A stretch of DNA of 64,000 nt, taken from assembly GCA_050294405.1 (NCBI GenBank), contig JBNKOC010000025.1:130628-194627 (forward strand), read 5' to 3'. This stretch comes from Fibrobacteria bacterium (GTDB taxonomy: Bacteria > Fibrobacterota > Fibrobacteria > UBA11236 > JADFYW01). The number at the start of each line of letters is the position of its first letter. Positions within the stretch are counted from its first letter, which is position 1. Below are positions 28,205-37,988 of this stretch, piece by piece. The position numbers and the translations under genes were made by a program. The notes below the pieces were generated by a model. The model was not told where the DNA came from and searched no databases. It worked only from the letters and a program-made list of their open reading frames with translations.

Positions 28205-30250
28205 TTAAGCTGTAGCTTTTTCTTCTACTCTTAATGGCATGCTGTTGATGCCAATTTTTCCCTTAGCCATGGAAATTTTAACAGGATTTGAATGGATAAT
28301 TCGACTAATCCTTTTATTTTCTGAAGCATTTCTAATGGAGCTAAATTGAAAACGTTCCATAAGGTGGCTTAACTTCCAATCTGTGGTGTGGATGTTTACG
28401 TAATGCTGGAAGCGTTTTAACAAATCCACTTTAATTCTCTTTTGGGCGTTATCCAACTCCCAAGGGTGAAAATAAACCATTGCCGGATAGCCTTTAAGAT
28501 TCATCTGTTCGATATATCGATCTGTAACGCGATAAGGATACAAACGCAAATAACCCCCACCGCCAATAGGCATTAATTTTTTACCAAGTGCCAGTGTGGC
28601 CATGGGGTATTCTTTTATGGAAACACCATCTTGAAATTGGATTTTGTGTGGCAAACGGTTGGGATAATTGGGAATTCCATATCGATTTCTACCGATGGGG
28701 AAAATGCTGGAATCGTATTCCAATCCGTATTTGGCCATAATTTTAAGAGCCCAAAGGGTGGATTTGGTAATAGTAAAATTGGAGCCACGGTGGCCATAAA
28801 TTTTTTGGGAAGTGTTTTTGCTGATTTCGTTAAGTGACTTTTCCAAATCTTCTTCAAATTCATCGGGAGTCATTTCTGTGATAAGGTTATGGTAATAACC
28901 GTGGGTTCCTATTTCGTGGCCTTCAGCATCAATCATTTGCACCACTTCGGGGTAATATTTGGCTACCCACCCTAATATGAAAAAGGTGGCGGTACAATTG
29001 TGTGATTTTAATAGATGCAATATGCGTTCTACATTGTTTACCACCCGAGTGGTTTGCATATGCCAATCGGATTTAGTGATATGAGATTTTAAGTTGTATG
29101 CGTGGAACCAACATTCCACATCCACGGTTAAAAAGTTAACCATGGTTTTGCGAATCATTTCGAGGTTAATAATCTTATCAATGTGCAATTCCTTAAGCAT
29201 TTTTTGCACTTGAGGGTGGGAATTGCGAATGGATAACTTTCCATCAGCTTCTTTGACCTTGTGAATTAGGTTCACTAAAAATCCCAGATCTTCCAGATCA
29301 AAAGTAGCGTCGGGATTGAGAGTGACTTCTACATTTTTCTGACCGAAATTCCCAAGCATTTCCACCTTGCGGGTGATTTCATCAGGTGAGAGACCGCCAA
29401 TAACAATATTGCGTTCGAAACTGTTAAAGCGAAGGACGCCGGTTATGTTTTTGGTGATTTCATCGGTTTGTTCGCCATCTTTAAAAGGCAGTCGTTTAAT
29501 TCTGGAAAGGGATTCAGGCCCTTCGATGTCGCCCTCTTTATTGGGGCGTTTGATTAAATAGAAAAAAGTGTTAAAGAAAATCCAGGCTTCCATTTTTGAC
29601 CAGGACCAGAAGTTTGTAAGAGAGGCGCTATAGGCAAGGTCGAAATAAGACTTGCGGATAATACTATCTAAAGTTTCGTCGTAGCCCAGGATAATTTGAG
29701 CAAGGCCTGTTAAGCCAGGCTTGGTATAGAGAGTCCGGTCGCCGTAATGGGAAATTTGTTTACCGTATTGAACGGTAAAGTGGGGGCGTTCGGGACGGGG
29801 GCCAATAAAGCTCATGTCGCCCTTAAGAACATTCCAGAACTGGGGGAGTTCATCAATGTGAAGGGTGCGCAGCCATTTACCAATTCGAGTGATGCGGGCA
29901 TCGCCCTTGTTTTTGGAAAGCTGTGGGCCGTTGAGCTCAGCGTCTGTTCGCATGGAACGGAATTTGTAAATGGTAAAAGGCTTTCCGCCGATGTTGAGCT
30001 TTCGTTCTTGTTCAATGGCTCCGCTAACTTTTTTCCTGGGGGAGCGTCGGTTTATGCCAACTCTCTCCTGGCTATAGATGGCGGCCCCTGGACTTTCAAG
30101 TTTAATGATCAACGCAACAAGGGGATATGTTGTGATAAAAATAAAACTGCCAAAACTACCAATGGCTATATCCATCAATCTCTTACATATAACTACCGTA
30201 CGAGCAGGATCCCGGACTCGATCGCTAAAGTAAGAATTGCCTGTATTCAT
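28205..30250 (-). CDS. Fusion: priming sugar-phosphate transferase + STAS-like domain + XrtA-type polysaccharide deacetylase
   Basis: KRLMDI, KFRSM, DELPQ, GPRPE and KPGLTGLAQ motifs, a central STAS-like segment, then TVDVE, HGYYH, GGGYLRLYPY and YFHPWE. GAGGTGAG RBS. Single uninterrupted ORF. Confidence 0.85.
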   Translation of the reverse strand: MNTGNSYFSDRVRDPARTVVICKRLMDIAIGSFGSFIFITTYPLVALIIKLESPGAAIYSQERVGINRRSPRKKVSGAIEQERKLNIGGKPFTIYKFRSMRTDAELNGPQLSKNKGDARITRIGKWLRTLHIDELPQFWNVLKGDMSFIGPRPERPHFTVQYGKQISHYGDRTLYTKPGLTGLAQIILGYDETLDSIIRKSYFDLAYSASLTNFWSWSKMEAWIFFNTFFYLIKRPNKEGDIEGPESLSRIKRLPFKDGEQTDEITKNITGVLRFNSFERNIVIGGLSPDEITRKVEMLGNFGQKNVEVTLNPDATFDLEDLGFLVNLIHKVKEADGKLSIRNSHPQVQKMLKELHIDKIINLEMIRKTMVNFLTVDVECWFHAYNLKSHITKSDWHMQTTRVVNNVERILHLLKSHNCTATFFILGWVAKYYPEVVQMIDAEGHEIGTHGYYHNLITEMTPDEFEEDLEKSLNEISKNTSQKIYGHRGSNFTITKSTLWALKIMAKYGLEYDSSIFPIGRNRYGIPNYPNRLPHKIQFQDGVSIKEYPMATLALGKKLMPIGGGGYLRLYPYRVTDRYIEQMNLKGYPAMVYFHPWELDNAQKRIKVDLLKRFQHYVNIHTTDWKLSHLMERFQFSSIRNASENKRISRIIHSNPVKISMAKGKIGINSMPLRVEEKATA

Positions 30251-30577
30251 GGCTCACCTCGAATTCCAAATTTTTGCCTCATGGTCGCACAAGCCTTCTT
30301 AATGTAATAGTGAAATTTAACCATTTTTACCATTTTTTTCTAACTCTTTTTTTTACAATTTCCCTGGGTAATTGACCGCGATTTTTTTAAAAAACTCAAA
30401 ATTAGAATAGTGTATTCACGACTTAAATTCAACGTATTTCAATGATTCGCAATAGTTTCCTCGATAACCCGTAAATCATAATAAGAAAATTTGGTACATA
30501 AAGTAATTTCCTTAGGCTCCTGGTATAGGAGAATCTTATTTTTTGTAGCATTATAACTTTATCTGGTTGTATTTGGA

Positions 30578-32731
30578 ATGCTGTTACTGACTTACCTCAT
30601 TGTTATCCCCATGGTCCATCTTTCTTTGGGAGTCATGGTACAAGCCAGGGATTATCAAAAAAACTTAAGAAACTGGGTTTTAGCCCTCTCTGTGGGGATG
30701 TCCTCTTTAATTTGGGTGGCCCAAATTTTTCAAAACCAGTGGGATCCCCTTGGGATATATTGGTCTGCGAGAATATATCTTGCCATAAACGCGCTTAACT
30801 CCTGGTTTATTATTGAGTTTTTGGGAGTATTTCTGGCTCCTGATTCATCTTTGAAAAAAAAGGCAGGTTCTGAAAACAAAATCATTTGGGTTTGGAGAGC
30901 TTTAGCAGCAATTACCGTGCTTTGTGTTTTTGTTCCTCAAATAAACATGCTACAGCTCAATGAAGCAAAGGGAACGCCTCAGTTGTTTGTCACTCCTTAT
31001 TTGTCCATTATGGAACTTTTACCTTCCATATATGCTATGCTGCTTTTGGAAAATAAATTTCGCTACGCCGAGGAGTACCAAAGAAAAATTGCCCGCTTGT
31101 GTTTAATGGGGATTTTGGTATTAACCGTATTCAACATCATTTTTTATGGACGCAGCCTGCTTTTTTTACAGGTAAGTTCTAATTATTGGGATTCTGCCAG
31201 CATCGTGTTTGGCATGGGTTTTCCGGTAATGTTACTGGGGCTTCTTCGATATCGTCTGGGCAGCGAAAGAGTATCCATTCCCAGAGATGCGGTCTATACA
31301 TCTGTCACTTTGTTTTTAATCGGAGCCTCCTTTTTAGGGGTCGCTCTTACCGTATTCTTTTTTAAATGGGCTAAGTTGGGGTTTGACCATTTTGAAAATT
31401 TTCTTTTTGTGTTTACCCTTTGCGGCCTTGCGGTTTTAGTATTAGGCTCGGGTAACATGCGTAAGCGCATTGCCCGCTATGTCAATGAAAACTTCTACTT
31501 GCGAAAATACGATTACCGCCAGCAATTTTTCCAACTCCACAAAACCCTTATGACGGGGCGGGATGTGGGTTTTGCCATAGTGGACTTGGTGGAAAATATG
31601 AAGTATACCGTAACGGCTGATGATGCCTATGTGTATTTGATGGATGAAAGCGAAGGCAGTTATAAATGGTATCAAAACAAAGAAGAGCAAGCCGTAAAAA
31701 TTGCCCAAATTGAGGCTAGAGACCCTCTTATTAAAATATTGGAGGAAGAAAGTTTTTCTCTGGACAAATACAAGGTTCCTGCTAATATTTTGTGGGAAAA
31801 AGATTCGGGTTCAGTGCTCCATGAAATGAATGTGGATGCCGTATTCCCCATTAAAAATCAGAATATGTTATTGGGCCTTTTGTGCCTTACCGGCGGGCGC
31901 AGCAAGGCTTATGATAAGGAAGACATGGATTTGATAGAGGTGTTTTCCAATACCATGGGAAATGTGTTGTTTAAAAACAAGGTGATGCAGGAGAGAATTC
32001 AGCAAAAACAATTTGAATCGTTTAACCATCTGGCTTCTTTCATTATACACGATATAAAAAACCAGGTGGCTACCTTGTCTCTCTTAGTTAAGAACGCCGA
32101 AAAAAACATATCGAACCCCAGCTTTCAGGAAAGTATGTTGAAGTCCATTAAAAGCTGTTCGGAAAATTTGGAATCTCTAATTGCCAAACTTAGCGTTGGC
32201 CCTAAAAAACAACATTTGCACGGAGAAAAATCCGATTTGAAAAACCTGGTGGAATCCGCCCTGGAAAAAAGTAATGTGGCCAAGTTATCCCAGGTACAGG
32301 TAGAAGAAAATTTGGAAGCGGGATTGGAGTTGATAGCCGACCAAAAAATTTTGTTTTTTATAATTACCAACTTAATCCGCAATGCCCTGGAAGCTATGCA
32401 AAATCAGGGTAAAATAGTTGTTCGCAGCGGGCGGGTGGAAAATTTTTCCGAAGAATTTTATCAGATATATGGCAGGGGAGAAATGTTTTTAAAGCCCTTT
32501 AGCTGTTTTGTTCAAATTGAGGACAACGGTCCAGGCATGGACTCCAAATTTATCCGGGACAAATTGTTTCGCCCCTTTTCCACCACAAAAGAAAAAGGAG
32601 TGGGCATAGGCCTGTATCAATGCAAAGTTCAAATTGAAAAAATGGGAGGGAGAATATTATGCTCTTCCAGACTGGGCGAAGGAACCAGTTTTTGCTTACT
32701 TTTACCTGAGGGGGAAATGGGATATAATTAA
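30578..32731 (+). CDS. prsK: PEP-CTERM system sensor histidine kinase
   Basis: About 8-9 TMs, KYDYR, GAF region, FIIHDIKN H-box, NLIRNA, DNGPGM, LFRPFSTTK and GIGLYQ motifs. Confidence 0.85.
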   Translation: MLLLTYLIVIPMVHLSLGVMVQARDYQKNLRNWVLALSVGMSSLIWVAQIFQNQWDPLGIYWSARIYLAINALNSWFIIEFLGVFLAPDSSLKKKAGSENKIIWVWRALAAITVLCVFVPQINMLQLNEAKGTPQLFVTPYLSIMELLPSIYAMLLLENKFRYAEEYQRKIARLCLMGILVLTVFNIIFYGRSLLFLQVSSNYWDSASIVFGMGFPVMLLGLLRYRLGSERVSIPRDAVYTSVTLFLIGASFLGVALTVFFFKWAKLGFDHFENFLFVFTLCGLAVLVLGSGNMRKRIARYVNENFYLRKYDYRQQFFQLHKTLMTGRDVGFAIVDLVENMKYTVTADDAYVYLMDESEGSYKWYQNKEEQAVKIAQIEARDPLIKILEEESFSLDKYKVPANILWEKDSGSVLHEMNVDAVFPIKNQNMLLGLLCLTGGRSKAYDKEDMDLIEVFSNTMGNVLFKNKVMQERIQQKQFESFNHLASFIIHDIKNQVATLSLLVKNAEKNISNPSFQESMLKSIKSCSENLESLIAKLSVGPKKQHLHGEKSDLKNLVESALEKSNVAKLSQVQVEENLEAGLELIADQKILFFIITNLIRNALEAMQNQGKIVVRSGRVENFSEEFYQIYGRGEMFLKPFSCFVQIEDNGPGMDSKFIRDKLFRPFSTTKEKGVGIGLYQCKVQIEKMGGRILCSSRLGEGTSFCLLLPEGEMGYN

Positions 32732-32735
32732 GCCT

Positions 32736-34106
32736 ATGGAAAAAATATTAATAGTTGAAGACAATCAGGGTTTGCGGGAACAGCTAAAATGGGCGTTAAC
32801 CGATACTTATGAAATTTTAGAAGCGGATTCCCTGGAATCGGCTAGCATTGGCTTTGCCAAATACAAACCTTTCGCGGTGCTTTTGGACATGGGCTTGGAA
32901 AACAGCTCGGAGCGGGGCCTTGAAATTATCGATGCCATTATACACATGCAAAGGGATGTTAAAATTATTGTGATGACATCCAACACAGATGAAAGCCTGG
33001 GGCCGCGATGTATAGAGCAGGGGGCTTTTGATTTTTTAAACAAGCCCGTAGATATTGACGAATTAAAAGTGATACTGACCCGCGCCCAGCGCATGGGAAA
33101 ACTGGAAAAGCCCATAGAAGAAGAGCAAGTTGCAAGCCACATTGGGGAATCCGATTTTATCATGGTGGGGGAAAGTTCCGCCATGAAAAATATTTTTGGC
33201 CATATTACCAAACTGGCGAAAACAGATGTTAATGTTTTAATAACAGGGGAAAGTGGAACGGGCAAGGAGTTGTGCGCCCGGGCGGTGCACTACCACAGCA
33301 ATCGAAGTTCCGAACCATTTGTCCCCATTAATTGCGGGGCTATCCCCGAATCCCTTATGGAATCGGAGCTGTTTGGATACATGAAGGGGGCGTTTACTGG
33401 AGCGAACTCCGATAAAATGGGGCTTATAGAGTCGGCGCATGGCGGGACGCTTTTTCTGGATGAAATTGGGGATATGCCTAAAAACCTCCAGGTAAAACTA
33501 TTGCGTTTTTTAGAGGATCACAACCTGCAGCGCCTGGGGGGAACCCAATTAAGAAAGCTGGATGTTAGGGTTATTGCCGCTACCAACAGGGAAAACTTAT
33601 CGGAAAAAGAAAATGACTCTTTACGCACAGATTTATTTTATCGCTTAAGCGAGTTTGAAATACATTTGCCGCCTCTTAGGGAGAGAGGAGAGGATATTAT
33701 TAAAATAGCCGACAATTTACTGGTAAAATACCGGGATAAATTTTCCATGCCCAAACTTAAAATCAGCCCCAGAGCCAAAAAGTTACTTATGAATTACAGC
33801 TGGCCGGGCAATGTAAGGGAACTGGAAAATAAACTCTCCAAAGCTGCTATAACCTGCGAAAACCAATGTATAGAAGAAGAAGACTTGCAACTTTCCGAAT
33901 CCTCCTTTAAAACGCTTACTTTAAAAGAGGCCCGGCAAATGTTTGAAAAAAACTTCTTGCTCAATGCTTTAAAACAGGCAAAAGGAGTTGTGAGTGTCGC
34001 CGCTAAAAATTCCGGAGTAACCAGGCCAACCTTTTACGACTTAATGAAAAAAAATGGAATTCAGGTACAAATGAAAGCCGTAATGGATGGGGATAACATC
34101 GCTTAG
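32736..34106 (+). CDS. prsR: Sigma54-dependent response regulator (PEP-CTERM-box type)
   Basis: Receiver (IVED, LLDMGL, QLKWAL), GESGTGKE, GAFTGA, FLDEIG, WPGNVREL and Fis HTH GVTRPTFYDL. ATG at 32736. Confidence 0.88.
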   Translation: MEKILIVEDNQGLREQLKWALTDTYEILEADSLESASIGFAKYKPFAVLLDMGLENSSERGLEIIDAIIHMQRDVKIIVMTSNTDESLGPRCIEQGAFDFLNKPVDIDELKVILTRAQRMGKLEKPIEEEQVASHIGESDFIMVGESSAMKNIFGHITKLAKTDVNVLITGESGTGKELCARAVHYHSNRSSEPFVPINCGAIPESLMESELFGYMKGAFTGANSDKMGLIESAHGGTLFLDEIGDMPKNLQVKLLRFLEDHNLQRLGGTQLRKLDVRVIAATNRENLSEKENDSLRTDLFYRLSEFEIHLPPLRERGEDIIKIADNLLVKYRDKFSMPKLKISPRAKKLLMNYSWPGNVRELENKLSKAAITCENQCIEEEDLQLSESSFKTLTLKEARQMFEKNFLLNALKQAKGVVSVAAKNSGVTRPTFYDLMKKNGIQVQMKAVMDGDNIA

Positions 34107-35343
34107 GTTTATTTTTTCTCCTTTTTATTTGGCCTGGTCCTTTGGACTGCCTTTGGCCCTCTTCGCTCTTTTGTTGGGGTTGGGTTGCAGTTGGTTTTAC
34201 GGCGTGTTTTCGCCTGAACTCTTTCCTGGCTTTTATAAAGATTTTTTACCCAAAGCGATTTTGATTTTGTCTGTGTCTTGTGTTTGGTTTGCCCATTTCA
34301 GTTATAATCGTATACATCAACCAAAACTATTTTTGTGGCTTTATCTAAGCGGTTTTAGCTTCCTCTGGCCTTGGGCCGCTCAAAACTTTGCGCCGGATTT
34401 TTTTTCTAAAAATCTGGAACAATGGGGCTATGTTGTGTGTGTTGCTTTTGGAATCTTTAGTTTGCTACTGCCCTCGGATATAGCCTATGCCCGCCTCAAA
34501 AACATAAGCTGGCTGCTTTGCCTATGTTATGGATTGGCCGCCTTCACCTTAAACCGTTTTTTCCCCGGGCAAAATTTAGTGGAGCTTGTAGGCTTTGAAA
34601 AACTCAATTGGATAATAATAGGTTTTGCTGGAATAACTGCCATACTGGGTTTTGTCCATTTGTCCAGCCAATTTTTTTTACCGGGAATTTTAATCGGTTT
34701 TTTGTTTTTGTGGTATGGCCAAATTAGCGCCAAAGAATGGGTGGAGGATTTTAATCAGCTGGAAATTTTATGGAAATGGGCTATACCCAATTTTGCTATT
34801 CTAGCCACTTTTTCCCATTGGCTTTTTAAAATAAGCCATAACATCACTTATGATCCCCTGATGGGAGTGTACAACAGGGCTTATTGTAATAAAATTATCA
34901 GCGGGCAGTCTTCCCTTAACATTCAGCCTCCCTTTTGCGTGGCCATGATTGACATTGACCACTTTAAAAAAGTGAACGATACCCACGGCCACCAGGCGGG
35001 GGATGCCGTTTTATCCCATGTAGCGCAAACCATTAAAAAAAATTTGGGAACCAAAGGAGTTTTGTGCCGTTACGGAGGGGAGGAAATGATTGTTTTTCTG
35101 CCTAAACAATCTGCAAAGCAGGCATTGCAAATTTTAGAATCATTACGTGTCGCCGTTAAAAAGTTAAGGGTAAACATGGGTAAGAAAAAATTAAAGGTGA
35201 CCATAAGCAGCGGTGTTGCCGAGCGCATTCAAAAAAATCAGGATATAGAGGATTTAATAGCCGCTGCGGACAAAGCTGTTTATAAGGCCAAAAAAGGAGG
35301 GAGAGACCAGGTTCAACTGGGCAAGATTCCCGCTAAAAGATAA
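34087..35343 (+). CDS. Membrane-bound GGDEF diguanylate cyclase
   Basis: About 8 TMs, then YDPLMGVYNR, DIDHFKKVND..GH..GD, RYGGEEM and ADKAVYKAK motifs. Confidence 0.88.
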   Translation: MGITSLRFIFSPFYLAWSFGLPLALFALLLGLGCSWFYGVFSPELFPGFYKDFLPKAILILSVSCVWFAHFSYNRIHQPKLFLWLYLSGFSFLWPWAAQNFAPDFFSKNLEQWGYVVCVAFGIFSLLLPSDIAYARLKNISWLLCLCYGLAAFTLNRFFPGQNLVELVGFEKLNWIIIGFAGITAILGFVHLSSQFFLPGILIGFLFLWYGQISAKEWVEDFNQLEILWKWAIPNFAILATFSHWLFKISHNITYDPLMGVYNRAYCNKIISGQSSLNIQPPFCVAMIDIDHFKKVNDTHGHQAGDAVLSHVAQTIKKNLGTKGVLCRYGGEEMIVFLPKQSAKQALQILESLRVAVKKLRVNMGKKKLKVTISSGVAERIQKNQDIEDLIAAADKAVYKAKKGGRDQVQLGKIPAKR

Positions 35344-35346
35344 ACA

Positions 35347-37059
35347 TCAGTTACGGGAATGCCTTTTGGAAAATTTATAGGGAAGGGTGGCGTCATAAAA
35401 AGGCCCGGATAAAACCACTTCGTTTTGTTTAGCGTATTCCCGAACCAAAAAATTTTGCAGTTCTAAACTGACCCAATCCTGATTTTCATAGGAAAAAATA
35501 TCTGCCTGAACCACGGGAAAATCTTTGCTGGGAAGGGAAGGTTGCACGGGTTCCGATAGTATTTTTCCCCAGCGTCTTTGTTTTTCCAGCATACCCGGTA
35601 AATTTTTAAAACGTTTGGAAAATTTGGGCAGCCCCAGTTTATACTTCAATTCTTTTTCAATAAAACTGGCGAATTCGCTGAACTTTACAGCATCCTTATT
35701 GGGAAAATCCAGACTGAGTTTCCACAACTCACCCCAGCCGTTTAAATAGGCCCTACCTTTGATTTGGGTGGTTTGATTGCCCTGTTGGGCAGGTAAAATA
35801 AAGGTAAGTGAATTGTCCAAGGCATTGGTCACGTTTCCCTGGAGGCGGGTGATGTTAGCTCTTATTTCCGGCTCTTTCATGCTCCATACAAAGCCCATAA
35901 ACTCCAAGGGAATATCGGCCTGTTCAGCTTCCATATAGCTTTTTACTTTTTCCAACTGGCTGTCCATTACCAGTTTTCCGTCTTTATATATTTGATTGGA
36001 AATTAAATTTCCATTTTCGCTATGCCAGCTGGCTTGCCCATCTTGCAGCCCATGTTTGTATTCCTGAGCCATAAACAGATTTCCATTGGGGTACCATTTT
36101 TTAAAGCTGCCCTCCAAATTGCCCATATTGTAATTGGTTTCAATACGAATTTGCCCCGATTCAAACCATTCTTTTAACATTCCATGTGCTTTGCCTTTTC
36201 TCCAATGGATAAATTGCTCCATTTGCCCGTTGGGATACCAGGATTTGGAACCCTCTGTTAATAGGCCCATTTGATAGCGTTTTTCTTCCTTGGGATTTCC
36301 ATTGGCGAACCAGCTTTTAAAGGATGCATTTAATGTGTCGTTAACATATTCGGACATTTCCTGAATTTGACCGCTGGGATACCACATTCTAAATGGCCCG
36401 TCCTTTTTATCGTGGCGATACATAATACTCGATTGGATTTTTCCGTTTTTATGCCAGTACTTCCAGGGACCTTCTTTTTTTCCTTCCAGGTAATGGCCCT
36501 CGGCCCGCAACACTCCATTGTCGTACCACTCTTTGGTAAAGCCGTGCCTTCTGCCATCCGCAAACTCTCCCAAAAACTTTAATTGCTGGTTTGGAAAAAA
36601 GCTGCGGTAGTGGCCGTGCTTAATTTGGCTTTGTTGGTTGTTTAGGTACACAGTGTACTTTTCTCGAAGCGAATTGGGTCCTACCTCCTCAACATCGGAA
36701 TGGTAGTTGGCCACCACTTTGTAGGCCCGGTTGAACAAGAGTTTTCCTTGGGCATCCCATTGAGATTCAGAAATTAAAAAACCGTTGTGATATACTCCTT
36801 CAAACTGAATTTGTCCATTGGCATACCAGGTTTGTGCCGGGCCATCCATTTGTCCCATAGCGTAATTAAATTCAGATTCCAGTTTTCCACTTGGGTACCA
36901 ACTTTGCTGCGGACCGTCTTTTAAGTATTTCCCAGAGGAACTTTTGGTTAGATGCCAAACTTTTTTTGGCGTATTATCGGGAAAGTATTGGGTCTTTTTT
37001 ATGCGCTTTTCGCATCCCCACAATGCCAAACTCAAGCCAATTACTAGTAAAAATTTCAT
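35347..37059 (-). CDS. MORN-variant repeat lipoprotein
   Basis: Lipobox LALWGC and about 12 repeats of roughly 24 aa (e.g. DGPQQSWYPSGKL, HGFTKEWYDNGVL), followed by an unrecognised C-terminal domain. Confidence 0.8.
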   Translation of the reverse strand: MKFLLVIGLSLALWGCEKRIKKTQYFPDNTPKKVWHLTKSSSGKYLKDGPQQSWYPSGKLESEFNYAMGQMDGPAQTWYANGQIQFEGVYHNGFLISESQWDAQGKLLFNRAYKVVANYHSDVEEVGPNSLREKYTVYLNNQQSQIKHGHYRSFFPNQQLKFLGEFADGRRHGFTKEWYDNGVLRAEGHYLEGKKEGPWKYWHKNGKIQSSIMYRHDKKDGPFRMWYPSGQIQEMSEYVNDTLNASFKSWFANGNPKEEKRYQMGLLTEGSKSWYPNGQMEQFIHWRKGKAHGMLKEWFESGQIRIETNYNMGNLEGSFKKWYPNGNLFMAQEYKHGLQDGQASWHSENGNLISNQIYKDGKLVMDSQLEKVKSYMEAEQADIPLEFMGFVWSMKEPEIRANITRLQGNVTNALDNSLTFILPAQQGNQTTQIKGRAYLNGWGELWKLSLDFPNKDAVKFSEFASFIEKELKYKLGLPKFSKRFKNLPGMLEKQRRWGKILSEPVQPSLPSKDFPVVQADIFSYENQDWVSLELQNFLVREYAKQNEVVLSGPFYDATLPYKFSKRHSRN

Positions 37060-37157
37060 GCTGCCAATGCGCTTTAGTTATTTATATAGGCATAGTTTAG
37101 CATAGCCTCGGGGTCAGGCGCAACGCAGGATTTTTAGGTTTTGAGGGCTTTTTAAAG

Positions 37158-37802
37158 CTATGAGTCGGAAATGAGCTCGGTGTAGCGCTCAATCACTTCT
37201 TCCATGCTCTCAGCTTTGGATTTTTTGCAGAGGCATTGGGTTTCCTGTTCCAGTATTTCAGGAGAAATTTCCAACATTTCTGCAGTTTCTTCTCCTGAAT
37301 AACCGTGGTTTTGGCAATAAATAATGCGTTTTTCCCTTTTGGTTAGCTGCATCCACGAATGGGTGAGGCTGGCTAACCTTGTGCTTTGGCTTTGCTGTTC
37401 TTTCAGCACAGTATGGGTGAGGTTGGGCATGTAGGTTTTATCCTTTAATACGGCTTCGATTGCCATGGGGAGATTGTTGAGATCCTCCTTTAAGATGAAA
37501 CTCATGGCACCCCATTCCACGGCTTTGTAAATAAATTCGCGGTGGGAAGAAAGCATTATGCACTTTGTTTGGCGGTAGTTTTCTCTTACCCAGTTAAGAA
37601 GGTTAAGACCCACGGGCTTGTTATCCAGCACGGTTCCAATAATCACTACTTTGGGTTGAGACCTTCGCAGGTGCTCTTTAAAACTTTTGATGTTGGACGT
37701 TGTAATTAACAACGGGGCGCAATCAAGGCTTGCCATCAAGTCCTGAACAATGCTGAAGGATTTCCAGTCGTCATCCAGGTAGAGAATATTCACATTTTCC
37801 AT
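37158..37802 (-). CDS. NarL/LuxR-type response regulator with degenerate receiver
   Basis: ILYLDDD, CIMLSSH, GAMSFILK and LTKREK..GYS..E.A..L.IS motifs. ATG 37802 preceded by GAGAGGG. Confidence 0.75.
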   Translation of the reverse strand: MENVNILYLDDDWKSFSIVQDLMASLDCAPLLITTSNIKSFKEHLRRSQPKVVIIGTVLDNKPVGLNLLNWVRENYRQTKCIMLSSHREFIYKAVEWGAMSFILKEDLNNLPMAIEAVLKDKTYMPNLTHTVLKEQQSQSTRLASLTHSWMQLTKREKRIIYCQNHGYSGEETAEMLEISPEILEQETQCLCKKSKAESMEEVIERYTELISDS

Positions 37803-37971
37803 ATTCAACCCTCTCGAGTGATTATGTGTTTCAAACATTCTGACTAATTTGAGAAGAGCCCTCTTCCACAAATCGATGCCCTTAAACTAACTCCAAAAGT
37901 GGTTTAGAGGTTAAAAAAAATGAAATATTTTTTGGCAAAATCCCTTTTTTTTTCACAAAATCGCCACTTTT

Positions 37972-37988
37972 TGTAAAAAATACCGACA
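37972..37988. promoter_or_regulatory. Candidate enhancer-binding-protein site (PEP-CTERM-box-like) TGTAAAAAATACCGACA
   Basis: TGT-N11-ACA dyad containing TTTACA on the minus strand, about 170 nt upstream of the response regulator. Confidence 0.45.

Noticed and set aside
30341..30357. TTTACA upstream of the PGT fusion / prsK
   Set aside because: Only a half site within a T-run; the other arm of the dyad is missing.
1..35343. EPS locus as a mobile genomic island
   Set aside because: Parts look more AT-rich by eye, but no integrase, transposase, tRNA or att repeat is visible and composition was not computed.
35347..37059. 'YwqK antitoxin' label and possible DNA repeat array
   Set aside because: The repeats are protein-level MORN variants with diverged DNA, and no toxin is adjacent. 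This is not a CRISPR array or TA system.
37867..37882. Sigma54-like AGGGCATCGATTTGTG on the minus strand upstream of the pseudo-regulator
   Set aside because: GG-to-(-12) spacing is off by one and the GC is replaced by GT.
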